A stretch of 64,000 nt of DNA from Kofleriaceae bacterium. Its GTDB lineage: Bacteria; Myxococcota_A; Polyangia; Haliangiales; Haliangiaceae. How positions within the stretch are numbered: the first letter of the stretch is position 1; each line of letters starts with the position of its first letter. This document shows, one piece after another, positions 30,569-42,793 of this stretch. The notes beneath the pieces were generated by a model. It worked only from the letters and a program-made list of their open reading frames with translations. It ran no database searches and was not told the DNA's origin. Where the stretch lies: the NCBI GenBank assembly GCA_041389925.1, contig JAWKQX010000006.1:151837-215836 (forward strand), read 5' to 3'. A program made the position numbers and the translations under genes.

Positions 30569-31408
30569 ATGGATTCGATGCTTGGCATGCTCGGGGGTTC
30601 CGCTGGCGCCGCGACGGCACTGATCCCGGCGTTTGCGTTGCTTGGCTACTTCTACATTCTGCTGGATCGTCGACGGGACGACAGCATCAGCAAGGGAGAC
30701 GGCCAGGTCGGCGCCAAGCTGGTGCTGTGCGGCTTCATCCTGTTCGGCCTGATGACGGCCGCGGGCGGGGCCATCCAGCTCCTCGCGTTCATCCTCGGCG
30801 GCTTCAAGAACACCGGGGAGCTCAAGGCCGCGTTCGCCGGCATCGTCGGCGGCGGCGTGATCGGCGGCGCGGCGTTCGCGCTCGGGCTGCGCCGGACCAA
30901 CAACGACAAGCACGCGCAGGTCGCGCGCTTCGCCGCCGGCGTCGTCAGCCTGGGAGCGGGCCTCGCGGCCTCCGCCTCGTTTGTCGCGCTGCTCAACGCG
31001 CTGTTCCTCGGCGGCGGCTGGGACGGCATCCGCGGCACGCTCTCGCCGCTGGTCGTCTACGGCGCCCTCGCGTTCGTGTCGCTATCGATGCACGGCAAGA
31101 TGTCGGGCATCGTCTCCGCGATGCCGGCGCCGCAGCCGGCGGCCGGGTACGGCCAGGCAGGCTACGGCCAGCAGGGCTACGGTCAGCAGGCGGGCTACGG
31201 CCAGCAGGGCTATGGCCAGCAGGGTCAGGCGCAGGCGGGCTACGGTCAGCAGTCGCAACCGCAGGCGGGCTACGGCCAGCAGCCGCAGGGCTACGGCCAG
31301 GCGCAGCCCCAGGCCGGGTACGGCCAGCAGGGCTACCCGCAGGGCGGCCAAGGTGGCGGCTACCCGGGCGGCGGTCAGGGCGGCCAGGGCGGCTACGGCC
31401 AGCGCTGA
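30569..31408 (+). CDS. polytopic membrane protein with C-terminal (GYGQQ)n low-complexity tail
   Basis: AAGAGGTAGG Shine-Dalgarno before ATG 30569. 5-6 hydrophobic helices. The C-terminal about 85 aa are [11 protein letters not shown] repeats (about 15-bp DNA repeat, 31141-31405). Confidence 0.7.
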   Translation: MDSMLGMLGGSAGAATALIPAFALLGYFYILLDRRRDDSISKGDGQVGAKLVLCGFILFGLMTAAGGAIQLLAFILGGFKNTGELKAAFAGIVGGGVIGGAAFALGLRRTNNDKHAQVARFAAGVVSLGAGLAASASFVALLNALFLGGGWDGIRGTLSPLVVYGALAFVSLSMHGKMSGIVSAMPAPQPAAGYGQAGYGQQGYGQQAGYGQQGYGQQGQAQAGYGQQSQPQAGYGQQPQGYGQAQPQAGYGQQGYPQGGQGGGYPGGGQGGQGGYGQR

Positions 31409-31421
31409 GGTTGCTCGGTCG

Positions 31422-31447
31422 CGGCGCTCCGATCTCGTCGAGCGCCG
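31422..31447. terminator. 8-bp perfect stem-loop (cggcgctc-N10-gagcgccg) between convergent genes
   Basis: Inverted repeat read directly. Lies in the 50-bp gap between stop 31408 (+) and stop 31458 (-). Confidence 0.35.
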
Positions 31448-31457
31448 TGCGCAGATC

Positions 31458-32324
31458 TCACTGAAGGATCTGTACCTTGCTGAGGCCGCGCAGGTCACCT
31501 GCGACGCGCCAGCCTTCGCCTGACTTCTTGTAGGTCCGGTAGCGCAGCGCCCCTTGCCGGTTGAGCTTCACGAACGGCACCGAGGTCGCCTCGTCGAGAT
31601 CCTCCGCCTCGAGCGTGAGGTTCAGCTCCCCGCCGGTGAGCAGCAGGCGCTTGCCGGCCGGCGCCTTGGCGGCCGCGAGGATGGAGCTGAGCTTCCACCC
31701 CTTGTGCTCGCCGGTGTCATCGGTGGGCTCGTTGTCCTGCGGCAGCCCGAGGAGCTGCTCGCCGCGGAGCTCGACCTTGTTCCCGCCGTGCTCGATGGTG
31801 AGGGTGAGCGCGTTGGGATCCGTCGCCTCGCCGCCCATGTGATCGTTCTGGCCGCGCGCGCCGCTGGTGTCGAGCTCCACGCGCAGCGTCCGCAGCTCAT
31901 CGAAGCTGATCTTGGGCTCGCCCTTGCGCGCGAGCTCCACGGGATCGAACAGGCCCAGGCTCACCCCGGCGCCCGCGCGCGACGGAAAGAGCGCGGGGAC
32001 CAGCGAGCCGTACAGCGCGCCCGGCTTCTTGATCTCGAACGGTCCCTTCGCGCGCTCTCCGCGCAGCGCGAGCCACGTGCCGTAGCGGCGCGCGTTCGCG
32101 GGCATCAGCGAGTCCAGGCGAGGCCACGTCGCGGCCTTGTCGCGATCGATGACGTCGATCTTGGATTCTCCTACGTACAACTCGGTCGCGCCGAGCGCGG
32201 CCGGCGCCGGCTCCGTCGCGCTCGTGGGCGGCGGCGCGGGCGAAGCCTTCTCCTTGCACGCTGTTCCCCCAAGCGCGCCAAGCAGCGCGAAGGCGCACAT
32301 GTAGTGAGCTCGTTGCCGTTGCAT
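31458..32324 (-). CDS. putative secreted lipoprotein, hypothetical (288 aa)
   Basis: Internal start MQRQRAHYMCAFALLGALGGTAC (signal peptide with Cys). The rest of the 893-aa ORF upstream is antisense to the 32388..34349 gene. Confidence 0.6.
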   Translation of the reverse strand: MQRQRAHYMCAFALLGALGGTACKEKASPAPPPTSATEPAPAALGATELYVGESKIDVIDRDKAATWPRLDSLMPANARRYGTWLALRGERAKGPFEIKKPGALYGSLVPALFPSRAGAGVSLGLFDPVELARKGEPKISFDELRTLRVELDTSGARGQNDHMGGEATDPNALTLTIEHGGNKVELRGEQLLGLPQDNEPTDDTGEHKGWKLSSILAAAKAPAGKRLLLTGGELNLTLEAEDLDEATSVPFVKLNRQGALRYRTYKKSGEGWRVAGDLRGLSKVQILQ

Positions 32325-32387
32325 CCAGAAACAGTAGCGAGCGAAACGAGTTGGAGCCAGGGGAGCGCCTTGCGATAATGCGCGGAA

Positions 32388-34349
32388 ATGGTGCACGAGA
32401 AGCTTCGTGGTTGGCGGAGGTGCGCGGCGCTGCTCGTAGCAGCAACGGCGCTCACCGCTTGTGGCAGCGGTGACGGGCCGGACTACTCCACCGCGCATCC
32501 GCGCATCTACCTGGAGCGCAACCGCGATCGCCTGAGCGCTTCGCTCGCGGCCAACACGCCGGCGGCGACGCGCTTCAAGGATCTCGTCGATCGCTGGGTC
32601 GGCGGCTCGAACATCTACGGCTTCTCCGCGTGGTACGCCGCGCTCCTGGGCCAGCTCACCGGCGACGAGAAGTACTGCGCCAAGGCGGTCTCCGCCGTCG
32701 ACGACTGGGTCAAACAGGAGGAGGCGATGATCTCCGCGGGCCGCGCGCCGGCCGCGGCGCACGACAGCTACCTCGAGGTGGGCGACCTGGTCGGGGACGT
32801 CGTGCTGGTCTACGACTGGTGCTACGGCCAGGCCTCGTCGAGCCAGCGCTCGCGCTGGCTGGCGTACGCCGAGCAGGCGGTGTGGAACGTGTGGCACCCG
32901 GAGGAAGCGAAGTGGGGCGGGAAGGTCATCCCGTGGAACGGCTGGTCGATCGACAACCCGTCCAACAACTATTACTACTCGTTCTTGCGGGCGACGATGC
33001 TGCTCGGCCTCGGCGCGCACGGCGAGTCCGGCGACTCGGACTGGCTCACCTTCTTCCGCGAGGAGAAGATCCTCGGTCAGCTTGTGCCCACGTTCGACGC
33101 CGACCTCCAGGGCGGAGGCTCGCGCGAGGGCACCGGGTACGGCGTCTCCATGCAGCGCCTCTGGGAGCTCTACGATCTCTGGCAGGGCTCCACGGGGGAG
33201 GATCTCGCGAGCAAGAGCGGGCACGCCAGGACCTCGATGCTGACCTTCATGCACCAGATCGTCCCCACCCTCGATCGGGTGGCCCCGACGGGAGATCACT
33301 CGCGCGACGCGACCGCGGCGCTGTTCGACTATCACCGCAACTACCTGCTCGAGCTCGCGCACCTCTACCGTCAGGACCCGATCGCCAAGCACGCGGTCTA
33401 TCTCGCCGAGCACTCGTCGGTGCCGCGGATGGAGTCGCAGTTCATGATCCCGTACGACTTCCTCTACGAGAGCGCCCTCACGCCGGCGCCGCTCGACGCG
33501 CTCGGGCTCGCGCACTACGCGCCGGGCATCGGTGAGCTCTACGCGCGCTCGAGCTGGGCTCCCGACGCCACCTGGGTCAACTTGATCGGCGGACCGTTCA
33601 CGGAGTCGCACGCGCACCAGGATCAGGGCTCGTTGCTCTTCTACAAGGAAGAGTGGCTCGCGTACGACCCGAACATCGAGTCGAGCAGCGGGCTCGAGCA
33701 GGGCGTGGAGGTCCACAACCTCCTCCGGTTCGTCAAGTCCGGCGCGCCGGTGCCCCAGCGCAACGGCGTGTCCAGCGTCGTCGCCGTGCACCGCGGCGAC
33801 GGCTGGGTGCACGCCGCCGTCGACACCAAGCCGGTGTACGCGGATGCGTCGGTGCAGCGCGCCGAGCGAGAGCTCGTCTTCCTGGAGCCGGACTGCGTCG
33901 TGGTCTTCGATCGCGCCAGCTCCGCCGCGACCACCTCGCAGGTCTGGCAGCTCAGCTCGCCGGTGCGGCCCACGGTCGCCGGCGCCAAGGCGACCTTCAC
34001 CGGCGCCAAGCACACGCTCTCGGTGCAGCGGCTCGCTCCGGCCGACGCGGTCTCGTCGGTCGCCGCGTGGGGCGGCACCATCGGCGGCGGGTTCCGCCTG
34101 GAGGAGACCACGAGCGGCGCGAACCGCCAGCACCTGCACGTCCTGTGGGCGGACGGCGCGGTGACCGCCGTGACGCGCAGCGACGACAACTCGGGTCGAA
34201 TCGGGGTGGAGCTCCAGCTCGCCGGCGGCAGGACCGCGACCGTGCGCTTTAGCCCGACGGCCGTCGACGGCACGTTGGCGGTGACCGGCGGCAACCCGGT
34301 GAGCGTCACGCTGTCTCCGGGGGTCGATCGACTGCCCGAGCTGCGTTGA
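32388..34349 (+). CDS. large secreted lipoprotein, hypothetical (possibly polysaccharide-lyase/heparinase-like), 653 aa
   Basis: Lipoprotein signal LLVAATALTACGSG. Globular aromatic-rich sequence (WNGWSIDNPSNNYYYSFLRA). C-terminal beta-rich region. The functional assignment is only a guess. Confidence 0.65.
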   Translation: MVHEKLRGWRRCAALLVAATALTACGSGDGPDYSTAHPRIYLERNRDRLSASLAANTPAATRFKDLVDRWVGGSNIYGFSAWYAALLGQLTGDEKYCAKAVSAVDDWVKQEEAMISAGRAPAAAHDSYLEVGDLVGDVVLVYDWCYGQASSSQRSRWLAYAEQAVWNVWHPEEAKWGGKVIPWNGWSIDNPSNNYYYSFLRATMLLGLGAHGESGDSDWLTFFREEKILGQLVPTFDADLQGGGSREGTGYGVSMQRLWELYDLWQGSTGEDLASKSGHARTSMLTFMHQIVPTLDRVAPTGDHSRDATAALFDYHRNYLLELAHLYRQDPIAKHAVYLAEHSSVPRMESQFMIPYDFLYESALTPAPLDALGLAHYAPGIGELYARSSWAPDATWVNLIGGPFTESHAHQDQGSLLFYKEEWLAYDPNIESSSGLEQGVEVHNLLRFVKSGAPVPQRNGVSSVVAVHRGDGWVHAAVDTKPVYADASVQRAERELVFLEPDCVVVFDRASSAATTSQVWQLSSPVRPTVAGAKATFTGAKHTLSVQRLAPADAVSSVAAWGGTIGGGFRLEETTSGANRQHLHVLWADGAVTAVTRSDDNSGRIGVELQLAGGRTATVRFSPTAVDGTLAVTGGNPVSVTLSPGVDRLPELR

Positions 34350-34472
34350 ACGCTCATCGCATAAGCTCCTGTTACAAAAGAAGATGTCCGCTTGGACGTC
34401 AGGGAAAACGTAGCCTGATGGACGGGCTAACCTCGAAGAGATAGCGCTCGGGCACGGCGATCAGGTTGGAGA

Positions 34473-37034
34473 TTGGGCGCTTGCGTCGTTTCCCGGGCGT
34501 CACGCAACTTCGGGAAACAAGGGTATCGCTCGCTCATCCTCCACGGGTATCCTGGGGAGGTGACTTGGGTCGTACCGCTCGCGCTGGGCACCTTGGCCCT
34601 CAGCATCATCGTGGTGTTCACGATCCTGGCTGGGAGGAAGCGCCACCGGATGGCGCAGATGCCGGCCATGGTCGCCGGCCCACGCGTGCTCATCCACGAC
34701 ATCAACGATGACCGCTGCACCGGCTGCGACGCGTGCGTGGCCGTGTGCCCGACCAACGTGCTGGATCTGATCAGCAACAAGAGCCGCGTGGTGCAGTTCG
34801 GCGAGTGCATCCAGTGTGAGGAGTGCGCCCGCGCGTGTCCGACCGCGGCGCTGGTGATGTTCCCCGAGGGAGGGACGCCGCCGCCGCTGAAGGTGCCGGA
34901 GATCGATGAGAACTTCCAGACCGTGGTGCCCGGCCAGTACCTCATCGGCGAGGTCGCGGGCAAGCCGCTGGTCAAGAACGCGGCGAACCTCGGCCGCGCC
35001 GTCGTCGAGCACATGCTGATGACCGGCTTGCGGCCGGGCGCGCTCGGCCCGGGCGGGCCGGGCTCCCAGCACGTCGACGTGGCGATCGTCGGCTCGGGGC
35101 CGGGCGGGCTCTCGGCGGCGCTGACCTGCATCAACCGCGGGCTCTCGTACGTCATCCTGGAGAAGGAGCAGCTCATCGCCTCGACGATCGCGCGCTACCC
35201 CAAGGGCAAGCTCGTCATGGCGGAGCCGTACGACTCGTACAACCTCTCGCTCTTGCCCGTGTTCGACTCCTCGAAAGAGCAGATCATCCCCATCTGGAAA
35301 GAGCTCTTCGATCGCATCGGCTTGCGCATCAACCTCGGGGAGTCCGTGGAGTCCGTCACGCCGGGCGGCGGCGTCTTCGACGTGAAGTCGACCGTGGCGC
35401 ACTATCGCGCGCAGCGCGTGGTCCTCGCGATCGGCTCGCGCGGCAAGCCCAGGACGCTGCAGGTCCCGGGGGAGAACCTGCCGAAGATCTACAGCTTGCT
35501 GGAGGATCCAGACGAGTGGCGCGGCCGCGCCGTGCTCGTGGTCGGCGGCGGCGACAGCGCCGTCGAGGCGGCGCTCGCGCTCGCGGACGCGGGGGCGAAG
35601 GTGATCATCTCGTACCGCGGACGAGGCTTCAACCGCGCCCAGCCGAAGAACCGGCAGGCGATCGAGCAGTACACCGCGCAGGGGCGCATCAAGTCCAAGC
35701 TCGGCTCGCAGGTGGTGGTGTTCGACCCGGACGCCGTGACGCTCGCGCTCGCGGACGGCTCGCACAAGAAGTACCCCAATGAGGCGGCGTTCGTGCTGAT
35801 CGGCGCCGATCCGCCGGTCGCCTGGCTCGAGAAGCTCGGCGTGCGCTTCGTCGATCGACCGCACCAGCACCAGATGGGCAAGACCGACGACATCCTGCGC
35901 CGGTTCGTGGCCCACGCGATCGAGTGCCCGGAAGACGCCGCGCGGGCCGCCGCGCAGGTCCTGGGGCAGCCGCTCGACGCGGTGCCGCAGCCGCCGCAGA
36001 TCCCGGTCGACGCGCAGCTCCCCGCGGAGATGTATCCGGAGAACCTCAGCGGCCCGCGCAAGTGGCTGCGCTCCGCGACGAGCATCTTCTCCAACCGTCG
36101 CGGCGACTCCATGATCGGCCACCTCTCGGACTTCCCGGAGATCGAGCGGGCGGCGCAGCAGCGCCCGCCGACGACCGGCCAGCTCGCCCCGCCGCCGCCG
36201 CCGCGGCCAGCGGCGATGGACACCAAGCGCGACGCCAGGCGCCCCGACGGCGGGCGTCACCTCGACGGGCCCGTGCCGCTGTCGGAGTTCGCGCGGCGCC
36301 AGCATCGCACCGGCATCAATCACACCGGTCACGGGCGGCGCGATCAGCTCTCCGCGGGCGAGCGGACGCGCATCCTCCGCATGCTGCGCGACGAGGGCGG
36401 CCGCATGGCGGACGAGGACTCGCAGGTGTACATCGGCTCGGCCCCTGGCCGAGCGAACGATCCTGACTTCGATGATCTGCCCGCGGCGCCGCCGGCGGCG
36501 CGCGCGGACCTTCCCGCTCGACCGGTCGTCGTCGGTCTGGCGCAAGGCCAGCCTCCAGCGCCGCGGCGGCGCGGCGCGCCGACCAGCGTGCCGCCCCCGC
36601 TGCCCGTGGGCGGGCGTGTGCCGCCTCCGCCGCCGCGCGGGGCCCGGCCGGGGCCCGGCCAAGAGGTGCCGTCGTTCACCGAGCAGCGGACGCGCCAGGT
36701 CGATCAGCATCTCGTCGCCGCGGTTCGTCAGCAGCCCGCCGCCGAGGCGTTCGACGAAGAGGCGACGCGGATCAACGAGCCGATGTTCCCTGACGGCGAC
36801 GCGACGATGCTGGGGTCGGTGGATCCTCGGATGTGGGCCTTCGAGGAGTCCGAGCGCCAGTCGGCGCGTCAGCTCGCGGGGTTCGAGGACCAGCGCGACG
36901 AGGCGACGACGCTCGGCACGCTCGAGGGCTTCGATCACGCGGCGCCGCCGATGCGCGGCCCGCCAGCGCCGCGCGATCGACGCGGTGAGCCGCGGGATCC
37001 CAGGCTGCCCGACGTGGACTGGGACCTGGAGTAG
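34473..37034 (+). CDS. 2x[4Fe-4S] ferredoxin-domain / FAD-NAD(P)-binding oxidoreductase fusion with about 380-aa disordered Pro/Arg-rich C-terminal tail; start uncertain (TTG 34473 or ATG 34650)
   Basis: [12 protein letters not shown] and [12 protein letters not shown] ferredoxin motifs. Dinucleotide-binding [15 protein letters not shown] and [17 protein letters not shown] (pyridine nucleotide-disulfide oxidoreductase-like). A predicted TM helix precedes the ferredoxin domain if the upstream start is used. The C-terminal half is low complexity. Confidence 0.65.
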   Translation: MGACVVSRASRNFGKQGYRSLILHGYPGEVTWVVPLALGTLALSIIVVFTILAGRKRHRMAQMPAMVAGPRVLIHDINDDRCTGCDACVAVCPTNVLDLISNKSRVVQFGECIQCEECARACPTAALVMFPEGGTPPPLKVPEIDENFQTVVPGQYLIGEVAGKPLVKNAANLGRAVVEHMLMTGLRPGALGPGGPGSQHVDVAIVGSGPGGLSAALTCINRGLSYVILEKEQLIASTIARYPKGKLVMAEPYDSYNLSLLPVFDSSKEQIIPIWKELFDRIGLRINLGESVESVTPGGGVFDVKSTVAHYRAQRVVLAIGSRGKPRTLQVPGENLPKIYSLLEDPDEWRGRAVLVVGGGDSAVEAALALADAGAKVIISYRGRGFNRAQPKNRQAIEQYTAQGRIKSKLGSQVVVFDPDAVTLALADGSHKKYPNEAAFVLIGADPPVAWLEKLGVRFVDRPHQHQMGKTDDILRRFVAHAIECPEDAARAAAQVLGQPLDAVPQPPQIPVDAQLPAEMYPENLSGPRKWLRSATSIFSNRRGDSMIGHLSDFPEIERAAQQRPPTTGQLAPPPPPRPAAMDTKRDARRPDGGRHLDGPVPLSEFARRQHRTGINHTGHGRRDQLSAGERTRILRMLRDEGGRMADEDSQVYIGSAPGRANDPDFDDLPAAPPAARADLPARPVVVGLAQGQPPAPRRRGAPTSVPPPLPVGGRVPPPPPRGARPGPGQEVPSFTEQRTRQVDQHLVAAVRQQPAAEAFDEEATRINEPMFPDGDATMLGSVDPRMWAFEESERQSARQLAGFEDQRDEATTLGTLEGFDHAAPPMRGPPAPRDRRGEPRDPRLPDVDWDLE

Positions 37035-37091
37035 CGCGGTGCGGCCGCTCCGGAGCGGCGCGGGTCGCGCCGTCGCGGTAGCATCCAAGCA

Positions 37092-40000
37092 ATGACGCGC
37101 GACGGCGAGCCCATGGGCGCACAGTCCGAGGAGGCCCGCGCGGAGACGGGGACGGAGGCGGCGGCGGAGACGGTGACGGTGACGGTAGCGGAGACGGAGA
37201 CGGTCGCGGAGACGGAGACGGTCGCGGAGACGGAGACGGTGACCGTGACGGTAGCGGGGGCGGAGACGGAGGCGGGGACGGAGACGGTAGCGGAGACGGA
37301 GACGGTAGCGGAGACGGAGACGGTAGCGGAGACGGAGACGGAGGCGGGGACGGAGACGGTAGCGGAGACGGAGACGGTGACCGTGACGGTAGCGGGGACG
37401 GAAGCGGTAGCGGGGACGGATGCGGTCGCGGATGCGGGAGCGGAGACGGTCGCGGTCGCGGAGGCGGGGACGGAGGCGGTCGCGGAGACGGTCGCGGTCG
37501 CGGAGGCGGGGACGGTCGCGGAGACGGTCGCGGTCGCGGAGACGGTCACGGTCGCGGACACGGGGACGGTCGCGGAGGCGGTCGCGGTCGCGGAGACGGT
37601 CACGGTCGCGGACACGGAGACGGTCGCGGCCACGGTGGACCCACGGGTGCCCTCGGCGCACCGGGCGGTCACCGTCGCCGCGCGAGGTCTGGGCGATCGC
37701 GTCGGCTCCACGGCGCGCGGGCCGATCGCGCACCTCGACACCGTCAACGACAGCGCGCCACGCGCGAACGCCGCGGAGGCTCGCCCCGACTCCGCGCCGC
37801 CGGAGTCGCGCTACGCCGGACGTCGCGAGCTCGGCCGCGGCGGCATGGGGCGCGTGCTGGAGGCCGTGGATCGCCACCTCGGGCGTGTCGTCGCCGTCAA
37901 GGAGTCGTTCGCCACCGACGAAGATGGACGACAGCGCTTCGCCCGAGAGGTCGCGATCACGTCGCGGCTGGAGCACCCGGCCATCGTGCCGCTCTACGAC
38001 GCCGGCACCACCGCCCAGGGCCGGCCGTACTACGTCATGCGCAAGCTCACCGGGCGCGGCCTCGATCAAGTGATGACCGCGGCGACCACCCTCGACGAGC
38101 GCATCGCGCTCTTGCCCGCGCTCCTGACCGTCTGCGACGCGGTCGCCCACGCCCACGCGCGCCGCGTCGTGCACCGCGACATCAAGCCGGGCAACATCTT
38201 GATCGGCGATCACGGCGAGACCATGGTGATCGACTGGGGCCTCGCGAAGGTCATCGGCGAACCCGCCGACGGGCCGGCCGACGCCGCTTCCAAGCCCCAC
38301 GTCCTGCCGCCCGACGCGCCCACCGCGCCGCCGCGCGGCGAGCACCCCCCGCTGCCGGTCGACGAGCTCAAGACCGTCGTCGGCTCGGTGTTCGGCACCC
38401 CGGGCTTCATGTCCCCCGAGCAAGCGCGCGGGGAGCAGCTCGACCTGCGCGGCGACGTCTACGCCCTCGGCGCGACGCTGTATCACCTGCTGGCGGGGCG
38501 GCCGCCGCACGTGGGCAGCTCCGCGACCGAGGTGATCGATCGCGTCCGCGTCGAGCCGCCGCCGCCCTTGCCGGAGGTCTGCCCGGGCGCGCCGGCGGAG
38601 CTCGTCGCCATCGTCGACAAGGCCATGGCGTTCGAGATCTCGGACCGCTACGCCGACGCCTCCGCGCTCGCGGGGGATCTGCGCCGGTTCCTCGCCGGGC
38701 AGCTCGTCGCCGCGCACCGCTACACGCTGTGGCAGCGGCTCCGCCGCGCCGCGCGTCGGCACCGCGCCGCGTTCCTCGTCGCGGGCGGCTCGCTGCTGGT
38801 GGTCGCGACGCTGGCGACCCTCAGCGTCGTCCGCATCATCAGCGAGCGCGATCACGCCGACGCGGCGCGCCGGATCGCGCAGCTCGAGCAGCGGCGCGCG
38901 GAGGAGGCCCGTGACGAGGCGGCCCTCCGCGCGGAGGAGCTGATCGTCGCGCAGGCGCACGGCCTCATCGAGCCGAACCCGACCGCGGCGCTCGCGCTGC
39001 TCAAGCGCCTCGCGCCGGGCTCGTCGGCGTGGCCCAAGGCGCGGATGATCGCGATGGCGGCGCAGGCGGAGGGCATCACCCGCGCCGTGCCGGCGAGCCG
39101 CACGCGCGTGCCCTCGATCTTCGCCATGAACCCGCGCAGCGATACCCTGCTCATCGGCGAGGATCAAGGGCGCATCCGGCTGCTCGACCTGGAGTCGCTC
39201 CGCATCCGCGAGCTGCTCGATGTCGGCGGGCGCGCGTTCGGCTGCTGGGTCAACGGCGGCGCCGCCGTGCTGCTCGCGAACGAGGCGGTCGGCATGGTGC
39301 TCCACGACGTCGCGTCCAAGCAGACGCGCACGGTGCCCATCTCGGCGCCGGTGAGTGCGCTGGAGTGCCAGGGCGGCAAGGGCGCGGCCTACCTCGACAA
39401 GGCCGGCGGCCTCTGGGTGGTGGACTCGGTGCTCGCGCAGGTGCGTCGGGTCGAGGCCGGCCTCGCGGTCGAGCACCTCGCGGTGACCCCGGACGGCGAG
39501 TGGCTGATCGTCGGCGGGCGAGGCGAGGCCGCGATCCTCGATCGCGACGGGGGCGTGCACCGACGCTTCTCCGGGGAGACCCTCCGGGTCCTCACGTCCG
39601 CGGGCGGGCGCGTCGGCATCTTCTTCCGCGATCGCGCGCTGGAGCTCGATCCGAAGAGCGACGCCGCGCCCACGGAGATCCCCTTGCCGAAGTTCCCGCT
39701 GGCGATCTTCTTCGTCGGCGAGAAGCTGCGCGTGCTCAACGGGCAGAACCGCCTGTGGTTCTCCGACGGCACGCTGGATGTGGAGCTGCCCACCACCCCG
39801 CAGGGGAGCGCGCCGCTCGGCGATCGCACCGCCGCGTTCGGCCTCCACGACGGCTCCGTGTGGCTCACCGGCTGGTGGGGCGCGCGCATGCTGCGCACAC
39901 CGGCGACCAGCGCGCTGGTCCGGCTCGCGGGCCGCGCGGGCTCGCCGTGGCTCGCCGCATGGACGACCGAGGGCGTGCTGGTCTGGAACCTCAGCGGCGC

Positions 40001-41036
40001 GATCCCGCGAGCCATCGCGCTGCCCGCGTCCGTGACGCAGGTCCTGTTCGTCGGGGAGCATCGCCTGCTCGCCGCCGGCAACAACGACTGGATGTGCCTC
40101 GATCTCCAGAGCGGCGACCTCACGCAGCTCACCGCGGACCTGCCGTTCTTCGGGAGTCCGGTCGCCGATCTCGAGCGCGGGGATGTGCTGATGATCGACG
40201 TGCTGATCGGCCGGGTGATGTGGCTTCGTTGGGCCTCCAAGCAGCTCGTCAACGCGCCGGGCGAGCGGGTGGGCAGCGCCGCGCTCCTGGCCGATGGCAA
40301 GGTCGCGCTCGGTGCCACGGACGGGCGCCTGCTGATCGTCGATGATCAGCGCCGCAACCAGACCTTCACGCTTCGCCACCCGATCGTTGCGCTCAGCCGC
40401 CTCGGCGCGCACGGCGTGTTCGCCGCGGATCAGGAGGGCGAGGTCCTGGTCGTTGACGCCGCGACCGGAAAGGCGACGCGCGGTTCCCTCGGCGAGGCTC
40501 CGGACGGGCCCGCCACGGACGACGGCGAGGGCGGCGTGGTGCTCTCGGCTGGCGGCCGCCTGCTGCGCTGGCGCGCCGGCACGGTGGAGGAGCTGCTCCG
40601 CCTGGAGCATCCGGTCTCCGCCCTCACCCGCTACGAGCGGCACCTCGCGCTGCTCACCGCGACGGAGCTGTTCACGCTGGACCTCGATGCGCCGCCGCGG
40701 CTCCGGCGCATCTCGGTCGCCGCGAAGGATCAGCAGCTCAGCGACGGCGCGCGCTGGTCGATCGGCACCGGGCCGCGCGGCCTGGCCGACCTGGTGGACA
40801 TCGCCACCGGCGTGCGCTGGACCAAGTCGATGGTCGGCGGCCGCGCGACGTTCGCGGTCTCGCCGCGCGGCGACCACGTCGCGCAGGTGGTGGGACGACA
40901 GGTGGCGCTGTGGACGTACGAGGTGCCCGAGGATCCTGCGGAGCTGCGCGCGTGGCTCGATCGCGCGACCAACGCCGCGGTGGACGACAACCTCGACGTG
41001 GTGTGGACCGCGCCGAGCGTGCCGGCCGCGCCCTAG
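37092..41036 (+). CDS. Ser/Thr protein kinase with N-terminal (E/A/T-V) repeat region and large C-terminal beta-propeller-like domain; true start may be downstream (e.g. GTG about 37633)
   Basis: Hanks kinase motifs: [41 protein letters not shown] after the kinase ([22 protein letters not shown]). The C-terminal about 650 aa carry repeated G/W/D blades. The first about 180 codons are the GTSACS hexanucleotide repeat, in-frame with high GC3. Confidence 0.8.
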   Translation: MTRDGEPMGAQSEEARAETGTEAAAETVTVTVAETETVAETETVAETETVTVTVAGAETEAGTETVAETETVAETETVAETETEAGTETVAETETVTVTVAGTEAVAGTDAVADAGAETVAVAEAGTEAVAETVAVAEAGTVAETVAVAETVTVADTGTVAEAVAVAETVTVADTETVAATVDPRVPSAHRAVTVAARGLGDRVGSTARGPIAHLDTVNDSAPRANAAEARPDSAPPESRYAGRRELGRGGMGRVLEAVDRHLGRVVAVKESFATDEDGRQRFAREVAITSRLEHPAIVPLYDAGTTAQGRPYYVMRKLTGRGLDQVMTAATTLDERIALLPALLTVCDAVAHAHARRVVHRDIKPGNILIGDHGETMVIDWGLAKVIGEPADGPADAASKPHVLPPDAPTAPPRGEHPPLPVDELKTVVGSVFGTPGFMSPEQARGEQLDLRGDVYALGATLYHLLAGRPPHVGSSATEVIDRVRVEPPPPLPEVCPGAPAELVAIVDKAMAFEISDRYADASALAGDLRRFLAGQLVAAHRYTLWQRLRRAARRHRAAFLVAGGSLLVVATLATLSVVRIISERDHADAARRIAQLEQRRAEEARDEAALRAEELIVAQAHGLIEPNPTAALALLKRLAPGSSAWPKARMIAMAAQAEGITRAVPASRTRVPSIFAMNPRSDTLLIGEDQGRIRLLDLESLRIRELLDVGGRAFGCWVNGGAAVLLANEAVGMVLHDVASKQTRTVPISAPVSALECQGGKGAAYLDKAGGLWVVDSVLAQVRRVEAGLAVEHLAVTPDGEWLIVGGRGEAAILDRDGGVHRRFSGETLRVLTSAGGRVGIFFRDRALELDPKSDAAPTEIPLPKFPLAIFFVGEKLRVLNGQNRLWFSDGTLDVELPTTPQGSAPLGDRTAAFGLHDGSVWLTGWWGARMLRTPATSALVRLAGRAGSPWLAAWTTEGVLVWNLSGAIPRAIALPASVTQVLFVGEHRLLAAGNNDWMCLDLQSGDLTQLTADLPFFGSPVADLERGDVLMIDVLIGRVMWLRWASKQLVNAPGERVGSAALLADGKVALGATDGRLLIVDDQRRNQTFTLRHPIVALSRLGAHGVFAADQEGEVLVVDAATGKATRGSLGEAPDGPATDDGEGGVVLSAGGRLLRWRAGTVEELLRLEHPVSALTRYERHLALLTATELFTLDLDAPPRLRRISVAAKDQQLSDGARWSIGTGPRGLADLVDIATGVRWTKSMVGGRATFAVSPRGDHVAQVVGRQVALWTYEVPEDPAELRAWLDRATNAAVDDNLDVVWTAPSVPAAP
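37141..37636 (+). repeat. period-6 hexanucleotide tandem repeat (gagacg/gtcgcg/gtagcg/gtgacg units) inside the 5' end of the kinase ORF
   Basis: Read directly. About 80 units. The same repeat family occurs at 48105-48340, 49869-49920, 50452-50945 and 51608-51672. Confidence 0.85.
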
Positions 41037-41052
41037 GCCCGCGCGACGAGGG

Positions 41053-41907
<855 letters not shown>

Positions 41908-41939
41908 CGAGGGGAGTATGCACCAAGGCGGACGCGTCC

Positions 41940-42030
41940 CAGGTCTATTCTGGCGAGCATTGAAGCCATTAATCACTTGAAATCAATCAAGATCATCCTT
42001 GGAGACTTGATCAAGGATGGTAGCCCGCCG
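41940..42030. promoter_or_regulatory. AT-rich divergent intergenic region with imperfect inverted repeat (tcatccttgg-N10-ccaaggatgg) and direct tgatcaag repeats; candidate operator or promoter
   Basis: Local GC drops well below the window average. The IR was read directly between the aguB start (41907) and the + strand ATG 42116. Confidence 0.3.
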
Positions 42031-42115
42031 CGCCGTCTGTGCCTGTCGGTCCGAGATCCGGATCCGGCCGCCAAGAAACTTGCTTCCCGGGCCTCGCATC
42101 TGCACCATCGATCCG

Positions 42116-42388
42116 ATGAGCGAAGCCCACGCGATCCAGGTCGAGCCGCTCACCGAGCTGATGACGTGGGCGCAGATCTGCGCGCGGTATCCCGACCAAT
42201 GGGTCGCGGTTGTCGAGATGGACTGGGACGACGAGGCCGACGACTTCACCGTGGCGCGCGTCGCCGGGCACGGCATCACACGGCGAGCACCGTTCGATCA
42301 GATGCGCGCGGCCGGTCTCAACTACGAGCACGTCGGGCACTTCTTCACCGGCCGCGTGCGTCCGCACGCGATCGACTTCGCGCGCTGA
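42116..42388 (+). CDS. small hypothetical protein (91 aa)
   Basis: MSEAHAIQVEPLTELMTWAQICARYPDQWVAVVEMDWDDEADDF... Ordinary composition. ATG 42116 verified. Its stop lies 4 nt before the next gene. Confidence 0.5.
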   Translation: MSEAHAIQVEPLTELMTWAQICARYPDQWVAVVEMDWDDEADDFTVARVAGHGITRRAPFDQMRAAGLNYEHVGHFFTGRVRPHAIDFAR

Positions 42389-42391
42389 CCC

Positions 42392-42793
42392 GTGAAGGTC
42401 AGGCGCTTCGATCCCGATGACGATCTGATCATCATAAAGGCGAAGGTCTTCGGGAAGCACGGGAGCCGCGTCGTGAGCCTCGCGCTCGATACCGCAGCGT
42501 CGCACACGCATGTCTCGCCAGACATCGTCGACGAGCTCGGCTACAGCCCGGTTGAGGGCGAGGCGATCACGTCGGTGCGCTCGGCCGTCGGCAAGGAGCC
42601 TGGCTACATGCTGCGCGTGCGGCGCTTCGAGTCGCTCGGCTTCGCGTTCGACGACTTCCCGATCCACGTCCACGACCTTCCGGCCGGCTTCGGGATAGAC
42701 GGGTTGCTCGGGCTGAGCTTCCTCAAGCGCTTCAACTACGAGATCCGATCCCTCGAGGGCCGCATCCTTGTGAGTCCTGCCGACGGCAGATAG
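42392..42793 (+). CDS. retropepsin-like (clan AA) aspartic protease domain protein, 133 aa
   Basis: LALDTAASHTHV (hydrophobic-hydrophobic-D-T/S-G/A-A motif). ...IDGLLGLSFLKRF, matching bacterial gag-polyprotein-type aspartyl protease domains. GTG start. Confidence 0.65.
   Translation: MKVRRFDPDDDLIIIKAKVFGKHGSRVVSLALDTAASHTHVSPDIVDELGYSPVEGEAITSVRSAVGKEPGYMLRVRRFESLGFAFDDFPIHVHDLPAGFGIDGLLGLSFLKRFNYEIRSLEGRILVSPADGR

Noticed and set aside
34500-40877. 2125-aa ORF on the minus strand
   Set aside because: Arg/Gly/Asp-rich low-complexity translation antisense to the ferredoxin-oxidoreductase and kinase genes. A frameshadow artefact of about 72% GC DNA.
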